A stretch of 64,000 nt of DNA from Thermoanaerobaculia bacterium (GCA_044226625.1 JBGAGQ010000007.1:64001-128000), one strand, 5' to 3'; shown: positions 9,558 to 19,465, counted from the stretch's first letter. The notes: generated from the letters alone by a model not told the origin. Translations and numbers: made by a program.

Positions 9558-11173
9558 TGGCGACCCAGAAAGCCACCCGAGCGACCACGAAGAAACCGAT
9601 CGACCCGCTCGGCGGCGGCCCCTACGTCCTCGAAGGTCGAATCGTGACGATGGACGAGAGCTCGACCGTGATCCCGCTCGGCCGGTGCTACGTCAAAGAG
9701 AGCACGCTCGTCGCCGTCAAGATCGCGACCGGCGGGACGATCTATCCGGGCCTGATCGAGCTGCACAACCACCTCGCCTACAACGCGCTGCGCCTATGGA
9801 AGGTGCCGAAGAAATACACCAACCGCGACCAGTGGGCGGGCATCGCGGAATACCGGAAGCGGATCAGCGGCCCGATGCAGATCGTCGGCAAGAGCGTGGA
9901 CGTCCTGCCCGGGTTGATTCGCTACGTCGAGGCGAAGACGCTCATGGGCGGCTGTACCACGAGCCAGGGGATCCAGCTGTTCAGCCAGGCCGGCATCCGC
10001 CGTTTCTATCGCGGCATCGTGCGCAACGTCGAGCTGACGGAGGAGGCCGCGCTGCCGGAGGCGTCGACCCGCATTGCCGACGTCGAGGCCGCCTCGGCCG
10101 CCAAATTCTTCGAGCGGCTGAAGAAGCAGTCGTGTTTCCTGCTCCATCTGAGCGAGGGAACCGACGAGAAGGCGCGCAAGCATTTTCTGGCCCTCCAGAT
10201 CCGCGCCGAGGAATGGGCGATCAGCCGGCAGCTCGCCGGCATCCACTGCGCGGCGCTCACACCCGCCGACTTCCGCACCTACGGCGCAAACGGCGGCGCG
10301 ATGATCTGGTCGCCGTTCTCGAACCTCCTGCTCTACGGCGGGACGGCCGACGTCAAGGCCGCCAAGGAAGCCGGCGTGCGGATCGGCATCGGCTCGGACT
10401 GGTCGCCATCGGGAAGCAAGAACCTGCTCGGAGAGCTCAAGGTCGCGAAGGCGTGGAACGACACCGCCAACGTTTTCACCGACGCCGAGATCCTCGCCAT
10501 GGCGACCCGCACCGCGGCACAGATCCTCCAGTGGGACGCTCTGCTCGGCTCGGTCGAGGCGGGCAAGCGCGCCGATCTGCTAGTGGTCGATCGCGCGGAC
10601 AAGGACCCGTACGCCCAGCTGTTCGAGGCGCGCGAGGGCGAGATCGGCCTGGTCATGATCAACGGCGTGCCCCGTTATGGTCACGCCGCCTGGATGCAGA
10701 AGCTCGGCGCCAAGAAGGAGACGCGCAAGGTCGGCGCCGAAACCCAAGCGTTCAACTTCGTCCAGGAAACGCAGGACGAGTTGGTCGGCAAAGTCTCGCT
10801 CAAGAACGCCGAGGAGGCGCTCGCCGCGGCGCTCGCGAAGCTTCCGGAGCTGGCGAAGGAGCTCGAAAAACCGCGGCCGCCGACCTCGCTGCTCGCCGCG
10901 CTCGAGGAGCCCCCGACCTGGGAGCTCGCGCTCGACGAGATCCAGCCTCACACCCACATCGGCCTGCGGCCCCGTCTGCCCGACCGACACGGCCGGGGAC
11001 GCGTCGGCGCGCTGCCGCTTCAGGGCCTCGTCGCGGCCCCGCTCTCCGAAGTGGTCGAGCCGCTCGTGCTCGATCCCCTGACCGTGGCGGACGACGCCGA
11101 GTTCCTGCCCTCGGTGGCGGGGCAGAAGAACCTCGTGCCGGAGCTGGTGGCGGCTCTCGCCTCGCGCTATTGA
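9557..11173 (+). CDS. Metal-dependent amidohydrolase (deaminase-like)
   Basis: PGLIELHNH, LHLSEG, GIHC, WSPFSN, GSDW, GKRADL; ATG overlaps the upstream TGA (TGATG). Confidence 0.88.
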   Translation: MATQKATRATTKKPIDPLGGGPYVLEGRIVTMDESSTVIPLGRCYVKESTLVAVKIATGGTIYPGLIELHNHLAYNALRLWKVPKKYTNRDQWAGIAEYRKRISGPMQIVGKSVDVLPGLIRYVEAKTLMGGCTTSQGIQLFSQAGIRRFYRGIVRNVELTEEAALPEASTRIADVEAASAAKFFERLKKQSCFLLHLSEGTDEKARKHFLALQIRAEEWAISRQLAGIHCAALTPADFRTYGANGGAMIWSPFSNLLLYGGTADVKAAKEAGVRIGIGSDWSPSGSKNLLGELKVAKAWNDTANVFTDAEILAMATRTAAQILQWDALLGSVEAGKRADLLVVDRADKDPYAQLFEAREGEIGLVMINGVPRYGHAAWMQKLGAKKETRKVGAETQAFNFVQETQDELVGKVSLKNAEEALAAALAKLPELAKELEKPRPPTSLLAALEEPPTWELALDEIQPHTHIGLRPRLPDRHGRGRVGALPLQGLVAAPLSEVVEPLVLDPLTVADDAEFLPSVAGQKNLVPELVAALASRY

Positions 11174-11200
11174 CCCTCCGGCCCGCGTTGCGGCGACGTC

Positions 11201-11629
11201 CTACCCCGCCGGAAACGCGTCGCGGACGTGGGTGTAGGTCCAGCCGCCCGACGTCTCGGCGTCGAGACCCAGGACGTCGAAGCGACAGGGACCGTCCCAA
11301 GGGTGCGTCGCGAGGTAGAGCGCCGCGGTGCGGGCGATGCGACGTTGCTTGCCGCGCGGAACGGCGGCGATGGCGGGACCGTAAACGTCCGTCGACCGCG
11401 CCTTGATCTCGACGAACACGAGCGTCTCGCCGTCGCGGGCGATCAAATCGATCTCGCCGCAGGCGTTCGTGACGTTGCGGGCGAGAGGATCGAACCCCTG
11501 GCCGACGAGCCAGGCGACCGCCGCGTCCTCCCCCACCTTGCCCCTCCCGCGGTGATGGGCGGCGCTGGCGAAATCGCTCGGCTCGCTCGGACCGAGATCA
11601 CGCGGACCGGGAGGGTCCGCCGGCCTCAT
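11201..11629 (-). CDS. YraN (UPF0102) family endonuclease-like protein
   Basis: GKVGEDAA, GEIDLIARDGETLVFVEIKAR, KQRRI, RFDV; ATGA overlap with the cysS stop. Confidence 0.9.
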   Translation of the reverse strand: MRPADPPGPRDLGPSEPSDFASAAHHRGRGKVGEDAAVAWLVGQGFDPLARNVTNACGEIDLIARDGETLVFVEIKARSTDVYGPAIAAVPRGKQRRIARTAALYLATHPWDGPCRFDVLGLDAETSGGWTYTHVRDAFPAG

Positions 11630-13053
11630 CGCCGCTTCCAGCGGGTGCCGTGGGGGGTGTCTTCGAGCACGATGCCGCGCGCGGACAGCTCGTCGCGCAA
11701 GCGGTCGGAGGTCGCGAAATCGCGGCTCGCCCGGGCGGCGTCGCGGGCCGCGACGAGGGCGTCGATCTCGGCCGCTTCGGCATCGTCCGCTCCCGCCTCG
11801 CGCCAGGCCTCTTCGTCGAGGACGCCGAGTACCGAGTCGACCGCCGACAGCGCTTCGCGCACGCGCGCTCCGTCTCCCGCTCCGAGCCCTCCGCCGTCGA
11901 TCGCCACGTTGACCTCCCGGACGAATCCGAACAGCGCGGCGAGCGCCTCCGAAGCGTTCAGATCGTCGGCGAGCGCGGCGCCGAAACCGTCGAGCAAGCG
12001 TCCGATCGCGGCGGCGATCTCAGGCCGCGCCTCGCCGCTTTCCGGGGTGTGGACGAGGCGGTGGCGCATGTCGTCGATCCGGCGCAGCGCGGCCGAGGCG
12101 GCGTCGAGCGACTCGAAGGTGAAGTTCAGCTTCTGCCGATAGTGGACCGAGAGGAAGAGATAGCGGATCGCCCGGACCGAAAGCTTGCGCGCCATCAGCT
12201 CGTCGAGCCGGTATTGGTTGCCGAGCGATTTCGACATCTTCTGGCCGTCAACGATCAGATGCTCCGAGTGGAGCCAGATCCGCACGAACGGCTGATCGAA
12301 CGCCGACTCGCTCTGGGCGATCTCGTTCTCGTGGTGCGGAAAGATGTTGTCGACGCCGCCGCAATGGATGTCGAAGCTCTTGCCGAGGTATTTCATGCTC
12401 ATCGCGGAGCACTCGATGTGCCACCCGGGGCGTCCGGGCCCCCAGGGGGAATCCCAGGACGGCTCGCCCGGCTTGACCGCCTTCCAGAGCACGAAGTCCC
12501 GCACGTCTTCCTTGTCGTATTCGTCGTCGGCCACCCGCTCGCCGCGTCGCGCCGCGTCGAGATGAAAACCCGAGAGCTTGCCGTAATCGGGATCGCTCGC
12601 GATGCGGAAGAACACCGAGCCGTCGGCCTCGTAAGCGAACCCCTTCGCGATCAGCGCTTCGATGATCTGGATCATCTCGGCCACGTGGTCGGTCGCGCGC
12701 GGATAGTGCTCCGCACGCTCGACGTGCAGCCGGTCGAGGTCGGCGAGGAACGACTCGATGAACGGCGCCGTGTACTCGGCGAGCGGCACGCCTTTCTTGT
12801 ACGCGCCGAGGATCGTCTTGTCGTCGACGTCGGTGATGTTCATCACCTGGGTGACGGAATAGCCGAGGAATTTCAAGCTCCGCCGGAGGAAGTCTTCGAA
12901 CAGGAACGTGCGCAGGTTGCCGATGTGGACGTCGTTGTAGACCGTCGGCCCGCAGGTGTAGAGCCGGACGTTCGGCGGATCGAGCGGCACGAGCGGATCG
13001 AGCTTGCGGCCGAGGGTGTTCCAGAAGACGGGCTGGCGCGGCGTATTGGACAT
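11626..13053 (-). CDS. cysS: Cysteine--tRNA ligase
   Basis: YTCGPTVY, HIGN, GRPGWHIECSAMS, FPHHENEIAQSE, KMSKS. Confidence 0.98.
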   Translation of the reverse strand: MSNTPRQPVFWNTLGRKLDPLVPLDPPNVRLYTCGPTVYNDVHIGNLRTFLFEDFLRRSLKFLGYSVTQVMNITDVDDKTILGAYKKGVPLAEYTAPFIESFLADLDRLHVERAEHYPRATDHVAEMIQIIEALIAKGFAYEADGSVFFRIASDPDYGKLSGFHLDAARRGERVADDEYDKEDVRDFVLWKAVKPGEPSWDSPWGPGRPGWHIECSAMSMKYLGKSFDIHCGGVDNIFPHHENEIAQSESAFDQPFVRIWLHSEHLIVDGQKMSKSLGNQYRLDELMARKLSVRAIRYLFLSVHYRQKLNFTFESLDAASAALRRIDDMRHRLVHTPESGEARPEIAAAIGRLLDGFGAALADDLNASEALAALFGFVREVNVAIDGGGLGAGDGARVREALSAVDSVLGVLDEEAWREAGADDAEAAEIDALVAARDAARASRDFATSDRLRDELSARGIVLEDTPHGTRWKRR

Positions 13054-13120
13054 CGGACGGTTCCCGTGGAAGGTGGTCGAGGCGAGTCGAGGAAGGAGGA
13101 TAGGCCGCGGTCGCCTCGTC

Positions 13121-13684
13121 TCAGCGAATGACTTGGACGCTGCCCGCGACGAACGTGCTCGACAGCCGCGTGCCCCCCGAACCGACCGCCGTGCCGTTGG
13201 CGATCTCGAACGCGCCGGTCCCCGCCGTGCTCGCGGTGAACTGGAGCGACATGAGCAGCCCCGAGCCGGAAACGCCCTGGGCGTTGCCCAGCCGCGTGAG
13301 GCCGATCACCAGATTGCCGGTCGGATTCTCGACCACCTGAAAGGCCGTCGCCGTGCCGTCGGCCGACAGGAAGGTCCCTTGGGTCCGTCCGGCGAAACGA
13401 AGCAGCGTCGGCACCCGAAGGTCGAACGAGACGCCGTAGAGCTCCTGCACGCCCACCGCGCGCACGTCGAGGACGAGGTTGTTGGCGTCGGTTCCCGCCC
13501 CGCTCGAGAGCGCGATCGCGTTCGCCGGGTTGGCGGTCGCCGGCGTGAAGACGATCTGCGGGGTCGGCGGCGGCGGGTTGGTCGGACCGCCCCCTCCTCC
13601 GCCGCCGCAGGCGGCGAGCGCGGCGACCAGGCCCACGAGCAGCAGGTTCGAGAGCGAGCGCGCACGGCGACCGAATGTCCTCAT
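13121..13684 (-). CDS. Lipoprotein with a cohesin-like beta-sandwich domain
   Basis: Lipobox LAAC, Gly/Pro linker, LYGVSFDL...GSGLLMSLQFTA pattern; ATG overlaps the def stop. Confidence 0.7.
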   Translation of the reverse strand: MRTFGRRARSLSNLLLVGLVAALAACGGGGGGGPTNPPPPTPQIVFTPATANPANAIALSSGAGTDANNLVLDVRAVGVQELYGVSFDLRVPTLLRFAGRTQGTFLSADGTATAFQVVENPTGNLVIGLTRLGNAQGVSGSGLLMSLQFTASTAGTGAFEIANGTAVGSGGTRLSSTFVAGSVQVIR

Positions 13685-14202
13685 GCCGACACCTCCAGCC
13701 GCTCTTCCGCCAGGCGCCGGAGAGCCCGTTTCGCTTTGTCTTTCTTGAGGCCGGTGAGGCGGTCGGTGAACAGCACGCCGTCCAGATGGTCGAGCTCGTG
13801 ACAGATCGCACGCGCCATCCACTCCTCCGCTTCGACCGAGAACGGCTCGCCGTTGGCGTGCGCGGCCTCGACCACGATGCGCGTCGGGCGCTCGACTTTC
13901 TCGGTGATCCCGGGCAGCGACAGGCATCCTTCGACGTCGACGGCCGCACCTTCCCGGTCGACGATTCGCGGGTTCACCAGCACCAGGAGGGCGTCGGCCG
14001 ATTCGCCGACCGAGAGGTCGACCACGGCGACACGGCGATCGACACCGACCTGCGGCGCGGCGAGCCCGATGCCCGGCGCGGCGTGCATCGTCTCGACCAT
14101 GTCGGCGACCAGCCGGGCGAGCTCGGCGTCGAACGAATCGACGTCGCGGCATTGCGCCCTGAGCACGGGATCGGGATAGAGACGGATCGGCAGAATCGAC
14201 AT
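13681..14202 (-). CDS. def: Peptide deformylase
   Basis: GIGLAAPQVG, EGCLSLPG, HELDHLDG. Confidence 0.97.
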   Translation of the reverse strand: MSILPIRLYPDPVLRAQCRDVDSFDAELARLVADMVETMHAAPGIGLAAPQVGVDRRVAVVDLSVGESADALLVLVNPRIVDREGAAVDVEGCLSLPGITEKVERPTRIVVEAAHANGEPFSVEAEEWMARAICHELDHLDGVLFTDRLTGLKKDKAKRALRRLAEERLEVSA

Positions 14203-14208
14203 TCGGTG

Positions 14209-15108
14209 CTAAACCCCGCGAAGCCGGCGCACCGAGGCGAGCACGGCCCGGTCGGTGCGTTGCTCGCGCAAGGCTTCGAGCATTCCGCGCGGATCGGGGT
14301 TGCCGACCAGCGCCTGCTCCAGTCCTTCGCGGTCGAGCCGCAGCAGGGTGACGTTTTCGACCACCACGTAGTTCGCCGGCCATTCGCCGTGCTCGAGGAG
14401 CACCGACTCGCCGAGGATGTCGCCCGAGGTGAAGCTGCGCAGGGTCTGGTCCTGGCCGGCGACCTTGATGCGCGCCTCGACCAGGCCGCGCACGATGACA
14501 TAGAGGACGCCGTCCTTGGCCCCCTCCTTCGCCAGCGTCTCTCGTTCCGCCAGGTGACGCAGGTCGACGCGAGAGAACAGACGCTCCAGTTGATCGCCCG
14601 CGAGATGCTGGACCAGGGTCGAGCTCACCAGGTGATGCCAGAGGCGCTGCAGCTCGAGCGCCGAGGTGGCCGACCCGCCTTCGGCCTTCTTGAGGCCCGC
14701 GAGCGCCAACACGCGCACGCTCTCCAGGCTCTTCTCGCGTTGGATCTTCTCGATCAGCTGGCGCACCGAGGAGCTGTTCGGGGCGAGCTTTGCCGCGCGT
14801 GTGAGCAGCGCGATCCCTTTGTCGTAGAAACCGTCCTCGGCGTACTCCTCCGCGACGTAGCCGTATTCGATCACGGCGCGGTCGAACTCCTTGAGCTCGG
14901 TGTAGACCTCGGCGAGCTTCAGGTGGGAGTGGAGGTCGTCCGGGTTGGTCTTGAGGCGGGCGCGCAGACGTTCGGCGGCCTCTTCATAGCGCTCGACGAC
15001 GATCAGGTCGTCGATCGTCAGCTCCTTCTCCCGCTCGGCCTTCTTCGCCGCCCCCCCTCCGAACCAGCCTTTGAGCGCCACAGCAAGCTCCTTCTCGAGG
15101 ACCACCAT
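14209..15108 (-). CDS. TPR + cyclic nucleotide-binding domain protein
   Basis: N-terminal TPR-like helices; C-terminal cNMP fold (LAKEG...LYVIVRGLV...GDILGESVLL). Confidence 0.8.
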   Translation of the reverse strand: MVVLEKELAVALKGWFGGGAAKKAEREKELTIDDLIVVERYEEAAERLRARLKTNPDDLHSHLKLAEVYTELKEFDRAVIEYGYVAEEYAEDGFYDKGIALLTRAAKLAPNSSSVRQLIEKIQREKSLESVRVLALAGLKKAEGGSATSALELQRLWHHLVSSTLVQHLAGDQLERLFSRVDLRHLAERETLAKEGAKDGVLYVIVRGLVEARIKVAGQDQTLRSFTSGDILGESVLLEHGEWPANYVVVENVTLLRLDREGLEQALVGNPDPRGMLEALREQRTDRAVLASVRRLRGV

Positions 15109-15437
15109 CCATCCCGCGGCCCCAGTCCCTCGGGACGCCGATCGGCTTCGCCCGAACTGGAGACACGACCGACCGTTCGAAGGGACGGCAAACGGCGATG
15201 ATTATAGACATAGCGGGCTCGAAAGAGTTTGCCGCCCGGCGCGGGCTTCGAGGTTGGCGCGAAAAGCCCGGGTTTCTGGCGGCGGTAAGCGCTTTCATGC
15301 CCCCTACACCGACATGAGAAGATCTCGCGCAGCGCCTCTTCGCGCCATGGCACAAAAGCTGCTCTTAACCGGGTCGAGCAAGGGCGTAGACCCTTCGCCC
15401 GGACGACCGCCTGGAGCGGTCCGATCAGGAGAGAGAC

Positions 15438-17729
15438 ATGAACCTTCGCAGCCGATTCCGTCCCCTCGCCGCGCTCGCCCTCGGCGTCTTCGCGCTCGCC
15501 TTCGCGGGCCGACCCGCGGGCGCCCAGGACGACGGTGGTTATTCCTATATCCGCACCCTCGAAGGATCGGCGACCGTGATCCTCGACGGATCGGACACCC
15601 GCGAACCGGCCGAGATCAACCAGCCGATCCTTCCCGGAGACCGCCTCGTCGTGAACCGCGGCTCGCGCGTCGAGCTGGTCCTTTCCGACCGCAGCCTGGT
15701 CCACCTCGACGGCTCGACCGAAGTCGCCTTCGACGAGCTCGCGTTCTCGCCCGCGGATTCCGACTTTTCTTACGAAGACGACGGCGGCCGGTACGGCTCG
15801 CCCTCGGATCGCCGCAACGACGAGGATCGTCGCTCGACGGTCCGCGCTTCCACCCTGCGTCTGATCGACGGCGAGGCGAGGATCGTGACCGACGACTTCC
15901 CGCGCGGCTATGAGGCGCCGGCCGTGGACGTCGGCAACGGCACCGTCTACCTGGGCGAGCACGGCTCGTTCCGGCTGATCACCGACCAGGGGGACTGGAG
16001 CGAGGTGACCGTGCGCGAGGGTTCGGCGGAGGTCGAAACCGGCCGCGGCTCGCAGATCGTCCGCGAGGGGCAGACGGCGACGCTCGACGGCGTCACCCGC
16101 GCGCGGATCTCGTTCCGGCCGGCGCTCGGCCGAGACGGCCTCGAACGCTGGGCGGAGGCCCTGCTCGACCAGGGAGACTCCTATCGCGACCGCTACGTCG
16201 ACGACGACCTGCGCTACGCCTCGGTGCCGCTCTCTCGTTACGGCACCTGGACCACGATCGATCGTCGCCCAGTTTGGCGCCCCCGCGTCTCGTCCAGCTG
16301 GAGGCCCTACTCGCTCGGCCGCTGGCGCACCGGCCCCGGCGGCGCGATCTGGATCTCGTCCGAGCCCTGGGGCTGGGTTCCCTACCACTACGGCACCTGG
16401 GATTACTTCCCCGGTTACGGTTGGGGCTGGGTGCCGGGACGCGTATTCGCGCCGGCTTGGGTCTACTGGTACTGGGGGCCGAGCTACGTGGGTTGGTGCC
16501 CGGTCGGCTATTACACCCGCTATTACGGCGGCTACGGCTTCCGCGGCGGGCTCTACGGTTGGGCGCACGGCAGCTCCAACTTCTTCGCCGAGTGGAACTT
16601 CGTTCCCTTCGGCAGCTTCCGCGACCACGACCTCGGGCGGCGCATCCGGCGCGGCCGGGATCTCCGCATCGACCTCGGTCGGGGCATCGTGACCACCGAC
16701 ACCCGGCCGCTCGGCCGCGAGCGTTGGGAGCGCTGGAGCGACCCGACGCGGGCGATCGAGATCCTGCGCCGTGGACGCCCCGAGCTGCCCGACGTCAGCG
16801 ACTTCGTAGCCCGCAAGCGCGACCTGCCCCCGACGGTCCGCCGCGAGATCGCGGTCGAACGCGAGCGTCCGGGCGACCGCCGAGCGGGAACTCCGCTCGC
16901 TCCGGGCACCCTGGGCGGCGGCGCCGATGGAGCGGCCCCCGGCGCGCGGACGGCCGACCTGCCGCGCGGACGGACCCGCTGGAACACGGGGGGTGGCGCG
17001 GTCGAGGGCCAGCCGGCTCCGAACGGCGGCGAGGTCGATCGCGGCCGGGGCAACGAGCGGTCGGGCCTCGACACCCGGTCCCAACCCCGGGACGACGGGC
17101 GCTCGGGCCTCGATACGCGCGAAACCGGCAGGGAAACGAGTCGCGAGACCGGCCGGGAGACGGATCGCGACGGCGGCCGTTCTGGCCTCGACACCCGGGA
17201 CACCGGCAGGGAACGCGTCGACTCGAACCGGCGGACCGGTGGCGACACTCCGGCGAACGACAGTCCGAGCACGGAACGCCGACGCTCGGAGCCGTCCGCG
17301 CGCCCGTCCGGCGAAGATTCGAGCCCCCCCTCCGGCGAGCCCGTACCGGTGGAGCGCCGGCGTCCGATCTACGAGCGGCCCGACGATTCGAACGGCCGCG
17401 GCTCAGGCTCGAACACTCGAGACGCCGAGCCCGAACCGGTCCGCGAGCGGCCGATCGTGCGCGAGCGGCCGAACGACTCGCCGCCCCCTTCCGATCCGCC
17501 GCCGTCGTATCGGCGCGAAGAGCCCGCGCCGCGCCGGGACGAGCCCTCCGCCTCGCGGCGGGAGGCTCCCTCTTCGCCGCCCCCGCAGGAGGCGAAGCCG
17601 CGCGAGAACCCGAGCCCGGATTCCAGCTCGGATTCGAGCTCGAATCGCTCCTCCGGCCGTAGGCAGAACCGCGAGCGCCCCCCGTCGAACGACGAAGGCG
17701 ACGCCGGAAGCCCGCCGCCGCGCCGATAG
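15438..17729 (+). CDS. Secreted FecR-like + DUF6600-type protein with a long disordered C-terminal tail
   Basis: RBS AGGAGAG, signal peptide, FecR-like INQPILPGDRL, LSRYGTW, WRPY, EPWGWVPYHYGTW, GWCP; R/E/P/S-rich tail. Confidence 0.85.
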   Translation: MNLRSRFRPLAALALGVFALAFAGRPAGAQDDGGYSYIRTLEGSATVILDGSDTREPAEINQPILPGDRLVVNRGSRVELVLSDRSLVHLDGSTEVAFDELAFSPADSDFSYEDDGGRYGSPSDRRNDEDRRSTVRASTLRLIDGEARIVTDDFPRGYEAPAVDVGNGTVYLGEHGSFRLITDQGDWSEVTVREGSAEVETGRGSQIVREGQTATLDGVTRARISFRPALGRDGLERWAEALLDQGDSYRDRYVDDDLRYASVPLSRYGTWTTIDRRPVWRPRVSSSWRPYSLGRWRTGPGGAIWISSEPWGWVPYHYGTWDYFPGYGWGWVPGRVFAPAWVYWYWGPSYVGWCPVGYYTRYYGGYGFRGGLYGWAHGSSNFFAEWNFVPFGSFRDHDLGRRIRRGRDLRIDLGRGIVTTDTRPLGRERWERWSDPTRAIEILRRGRPELPDVSDFVARKRDLPPTVRREIAVERERPGDRRAGTPLAPGTLGGGADGAAPGARTADLPRGRTRWNTGGGAVEGQPAPNGGEVDRGRGNERSGLDTRSQPRDDGRSGLDTRETGRETSRETGRETDRDGGRSGLDTRDTGRERVDSNRRTGGDTPANDSPSTERRRSEPSARPSGEDSSPPSGEPVPVERRRPIYERPDDSNGRGSGSNTRDAEPEPVRERPIVRERPNDSPPPSDPPPSYRREEPAPRRDEPSASRREAPSSPPPQEAKPRENPSPDSSSDSSSNRSSGRRQNRERPPSNDEGDAGSPPPRR

Positions 17730-17756
17730 GTTCTTCTTCAGCTTCCTCATCTCGAG

Positions 17757-17790
17757 CCCGCCGGGACCTGACGTCCCGGCGGGTTTTTCT
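17757..17790 (+). terminator. Rho-independent terminator
   Basis: cccgccgggac-ctgac-gtcccggcggg followed by tttttct, between convergent genes. Confidence 0.8.
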
Positions 17791-17799
17791 TCGTCTTCC

Positions 17800-18561
17800 C
17801 TACTTCGCCTTCCTCCGGGCCTTCTCTCCGGACCCCGTGCCGAGCTTCGCTTCGATCCGGGGATGGGTGAGCTCGCGCAGAGCCTCTTTCCCGATCCGGC
17901 GCGCCGAGGGAGCGGACGAATCGGCGAGGCGCCGCGAGACGGCGACCGCCTCGGCGTGGAGCCGCGCGCTTCGGCGGCCGATCCTTCGCAGCGCCCAACT
18001 GATCCCTTTCCAGACGAAGTTCCGCTCGTCGGAAGCCTCTCGTTCGATCCACGCGAGGCCTTCGAGAAACCGTTCGTCCGGAGCCTTCTTGTCGTGCCCG
18101 GCGAGGCTCGCGAGCAGGGCGAACGCGGCCCGTTTGACGAACTCCTCCGGGCGTTCGCTCCACTGACGCGCCTTTTCCCAGGCGTGCGGCGTGCGATCGA
18201 ACAGATGGAAGCACAGGGTGTCGCAGATCGCCCAGTTGTCGAAGTCCTCGGTCCAACGATCCATCTGCTCGGGGGTGACGAGCGCCGGCTCGTCCACGAA
18301 CGAGGCGAGGAGACGCGCCTCGTACCAACCGGTCGCCCACAGCGCCGCGGCGAGATCGTGGCTTCGGCCAAGGCTCTTACCCAGGCGTTGCACGTTCTCC
18401 ATCGACACCCCGAACGCAGGATCGGCTCGGATGCCGAAGCGGACCAGATTCTCGCGGTAGGCGTCGGTGCTTTCCCGCTCGAGCCAGGCGAGCGCCTGCT
18501 CGACGCGAGGATCCGCGGGACCCCGGTCCGCCTCGGAGCGGGCTCGTTTCTTCGGTGGCAT
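17800..18561 (-). CDS. DNA alkylation repair protein (AlkD-like HEAT repeat)
   Basis: FGVSM, LWATGWYEAR, FDNWAICD, EFVKRA, DERNFVWKGISWALRRIG. Confidence 0.9.
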   Translation of the reverse strand: MPPKKRARSEADRGPADPRVEQALAWLERESTDAYRENLVRFGIRADPAFGVSMENVQRLGKSLGRSHDLAAALWATGWYEARLLASFVDEPALVTPEQMDRWTEDFDNWAICDTLCFHLFDRTPHAWEKARQWSERPEEFVKRAAFALLASLAGHDKKAPDERFLEGLAWIEREASDERNFVWKGISWALRRIGRRSARLHAEAVAVSRRLADSSAPSARRIGKEALRELTHPRIEAKLGTGSGEKARRKAK

Positions 18562-18584
18562 GACGGGGCTCCTCGGCTTGGCCG

Positions 18585-19076
18585 TCAATCCGCACGCTCG
18601 GCCGCGAGCAGCTCGGCCAGGCGGTCGTAGCTCGCCGCGACGCCGTCTTCCATCGGCGCGGCGAGGACCGCGTCGCGCGACTCTTTCGAGGCATACAAAA
18701 TCGACAGGCGGAGCGTCGTCCGTCCGTTCTCCTCGGTCAGCGTCGTCGTGTTGAGCGCCTCGCCGGGATACCAGGGGTCGTCGAAAATCTCGGTCTGAAC
18801 GATCCGCTCCGGAGACACGATCTCCCGAAACACGCCCCCCATCCCCATCTCCGTCCCTTGCGCGTTGCGCCAGACGTACCGGTACGCTCCGCCGATCCGC
18901 AAATCGATCTCGCATACGGGCATCGTCCAGCCCTCCGGCCCGAGAAGCCATCTCCGGATCAGTTCGGGACGGGTCATCGCCTCGAACACCAGCTGGCGCG
19001 GCGCCTCGAAGAGGCGGGACATCGAGATCTCTCGATCGGAAGGGGTGGAGACGGTCAGTTGGCCGACGTTTCTCAT
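18585..19076 (-). CDS. SRPBCC (AHSA1-like) domain protein
   Basis: DREISMSRLFEAPRQLVFEAMTRPELIRRW, DLRIGGAYRYVW, SYDRLAELLA; ATGA overlap with the ArsR gene. Confidence 0.92.
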   Translation of the reverse strand: MRNVGQLTVSTPSDREISMSRLFEAPRQLVFEAMTRPELIRRWLLGPEGWTMPVCEIDLRIGGAYRYVWRNAQGTEMGMGGVFREIVSPERIVQTEIFDDPWYPGEALNTTTLTEENGRTTLRLSILYASKESRDAVLAAPMEDGVAASYDRLAELLAAERAD

Positions 19077-19450
19077 GATTTCTCTCCTGGGGTCTGGGTC
19101 TGCGCGGTCTTCATCTCGTCCAGCAGGGCTTCGAGACGCTCGAAACGCACCTGCCAGAAACGGCGGTAGCCCTCGAGCCACTCGCTCGCCGCGGCGAGCG
19201 GTGCAGCCTCGAGCTGGCAAGGCCGGCGCTGCGCGTCCTTGCCGCGGGAGATCAGGCCGGCGCGCTCGAGCACCTTCAAGTGCTTGGAGATCGCCGGCTG
19301 GCTCATCTCGAACGGCTCGGCAAGCTCCGAAACCGAGGCGGCGCCGGAGGCGAGGCGGGCAAGAATCGCCCGCCGGGTCGGGTCCGCCAGCGCGGCGAAC
19401 GTCGCGTCGAGCGCGTCGGGTGCCAGGCTTCCATAACTGATGGGTTCCAT
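19073..19450 (-). CDS. ArsR/SmtB family transcriptional regulator
   Basis: LDATFAALADPTRRAILARL, SQPAISKHLKVLERAGLI. Confidence 0.94.
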   Translation of the reverse strand: MEPISYGSLAPDALDATFAALADPTRRAILARLASGAASVSELAEPFEMSQPAISKHLKVLERAGLISRGKDAQRRPCQLEAAPLAAASEWLEGYRRFWQVRFERLEALLDEMKTAQTQTPGEKS

Positions 19451-19465
19451 AACCAGCAGGTTATG
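19432..19465. promoter_or_regulatory. Probable ArsR autoregulatory operator
   Basis: Perfect palindrome CATAACC-agca-GGTTATG (19448-19465) over the start codon, plus an imperfect adjacent copy (cataact-gatg-ggttcca). Confidence 0.65.

Noticed and set aside
15018-17084. Long antisense/overlapping ORFs (also 31808-34201, 35851-37845, 45397-47703, 56239-57924, 59670-61430)
   Set aside because: Shadow ORFs typical of high-GC DNA, opposite well-supported genes and with no motifs.
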